From: Euglena gracilis
Taxonomy: Eukaryota
DNA length: 64,000 bases
Reading direction: 5' to 3'
Assembly: GCA_039621445.1 (NCBI GenBank)
Contig: CP154954.1
Span: 38,301,703-38,365,702, forward strand
Part shown: one piece after another, positions 62,274 through 64,000 of the stretch
How positions within the stretch are numbered: the first letter of the stretch is position 1
Layout of the letters: the number at the start of each line of letters is the position of its first letter
Translations under genes and position numbers: made by a program
Notes under the pieces: generated by a model
Told to the model about the DNA's origin: nothing
Databases searched by the model: none
The model's input: the letters and a program-made list of their open reading frames with translations, nothing else

Positions 62274-64000
62274 AGCCAGGGCACATAAAACATGGCACAC
62301 CAAGCGCACAACAAAATACAATTTCTTTCCAGGGGTTTTTTTCATCGTGGACTCCAGGGGGGGGGGGTAGGGTGGGTGGGTGGGGCCCCGGGACCCGGGG
62401 GGGGGGGCCCGCCGGAGGGGGCTGGGATGTACTTTTCAGCGCTTTTGGCGCAGAAATTTTTTGAAAAAGTGCTATTTTTTTAGCACTTTTCGCGATTTTC
62501 GGCCATTTTTTTTGTGGGTCCCCCGACCCCCCCCCCCCAGGGAGGCCCCTCCAGGGGTTGGTGGGCGGGGGACCTCCCCCCGGTCTTAAGAAAAACCCCT
62601 GCTCCTTTCTAAATGAATGGGGAACAGGGAATTTCTTAAGGGCCCCCCCGGGGGGGTCCAGCCCAGACAATTGCTTAAGCACTGTCCCACCCCCCCCCCC
62701 CCGGGGGGGGGGGTGACTGGTTTTTTCAGAGTGACTGACTGGTTTTGGGCCCGGACCCCCTCCCCCCCGGGGGGGGTCGGCCAGGAGTGGGCAAAAGTGG
62801 CTTGAGTGACCCCAGCGCCGAAGGCGCCGGAAAATTTTTTTTGACCTAAAATGGCCTAAAGTGACTGGAAAGTGGCCGTTTTTCTGAGTGGCCGACCCCC
62901 CCCGGGGGGGGGGGGTAGTGACTGGCTGGTTTTTTGAAAATGAGTGACTGACTGGTTTTTAAAAAAGTGGAGTGACCCCCTCCCCCCCCCCCCCCCCCCC
63001 GGGGGTCGGTAAGCAATTGTATGGTCCAGCCTCCGGCTGGCAAAAAAGGCTGCTGGCTGGATTTGAGCTGCTGGCTGGAACGACCCCCCCCCCGGGGGGG
63101 GGGGGGGGGGTGGGGGGTCCGGGACTGGAGGGGACTGGGCTGGGCTGGGTCGAGGAAAAACAAAATTTTCTAACACATTTTTGTCATTTTAGACGTTTTG
63201 ATGGGTGGAGCTAGATCAAGGCTGGGGGGCTGTGATGGAGGGCTGTGATGAGGAGAAAAAAAGCAAGGATAAGTGAGCTGGGCAGCCCAGTTGGCTGGCC
63301 CGCCTGCGGTTGGCTGGCCCGGCCTCCAGTTGGGCTGGACCCAGTTTTATTTTACTCGACCCCCAGGAGGGGGGCTCCCAGCCCGAATTTGGGCTGCTGG
63401 CTGGATTTGAGCTGCTGGCTGGCTGGACCCCCCCCCCCCGCGGGGGGTAGGGTACCCTCCGGCTTACAAAATTCCCTGATGGGGAAGGAGCAAAAAAAAA
63501 GACATTCAATGCATAACACATCCCATCTGGGGCTGGGGTTGAAAATCCATTTTTTCACTGAGGGCTTTCCAAAAGAGTTGCCAGAGCCCCCTGCTTCCCT
63601 GTCCAGGAAGTTTCTTCGCGTGAGTGATGAAGAATACTCGAAAACCAATGAAATTTTTACACGCAAAGTGAAAATTCAGCTCAAAAAACAAGAGAATGTT
63701 TTTTTGGAGATAATTAAGCATGGGGCGGTGTCTCTTTGGCTCGGGGCGGCTCACGGTTTTGATTTTTTTCCTCCTCGCCAGTGAACGTTTTTTGAGCCCG
63801 CCCAGCTTTGGCTTTGGTGGGGGATTGGCAATTTTCAGGTTGGGGCGCAGCTTAAGAAAATTTGATCCCATGGGGGGTTCCAGCCCAGGGTTCGATATAA
63901 GGAGGGCGCCCAGGGTTCAGGTGGGGGGTGTCCCCCCCCACCCCCCTCCTGGACCACCCTGCCAAGGGGGTCCGGACCAACCCTGGGGGGTTCCGGACCC

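Overview
Eukaryotic, repeat-saturated genomic DNA, most likely from a euglenid (inferred from the intron type, not from a marker gene). Almost all ORFs in the supplied track are artefacts of tandem repeats and MITEs. The window holds: (i) dozens of nested non-autonomous DNA transposons whose TIRs and TSDs can be read directly (hAT-like 8-bp TSD, MULE-like 9-bp, PIF/Harbinger-like 3-bp, TA-flanked); (ii) three satellite arrays (2.4-4.2 kb, 11.8-23.0 kb, 33.6-53.5 kb); (iii) a disrupted mitochondrial-carrier (SLC25) exon; (iv) a long + strand gene of unknown function (about 29.3 to beyond 62.3 kb) split into many small exons by a mix of GT-AG introns and non-canonical stem-loop introns (Y|RnnCAG...CTGnnnnY|R), several of which are intact hAT-like MITEs whose 8-bp TSD (3+5) explains the splice geometry; (v) two divergent TSD-less elements with an asymmetric inverted repeat plus a terminal hairpin, carrying deleted remnants of a homologous protein with a recombinase-like N-terminus and a C-terminal PHD finger. 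All alignments were done by eye, splicing is predicted rather than observed, and homopolymer errors are likely.
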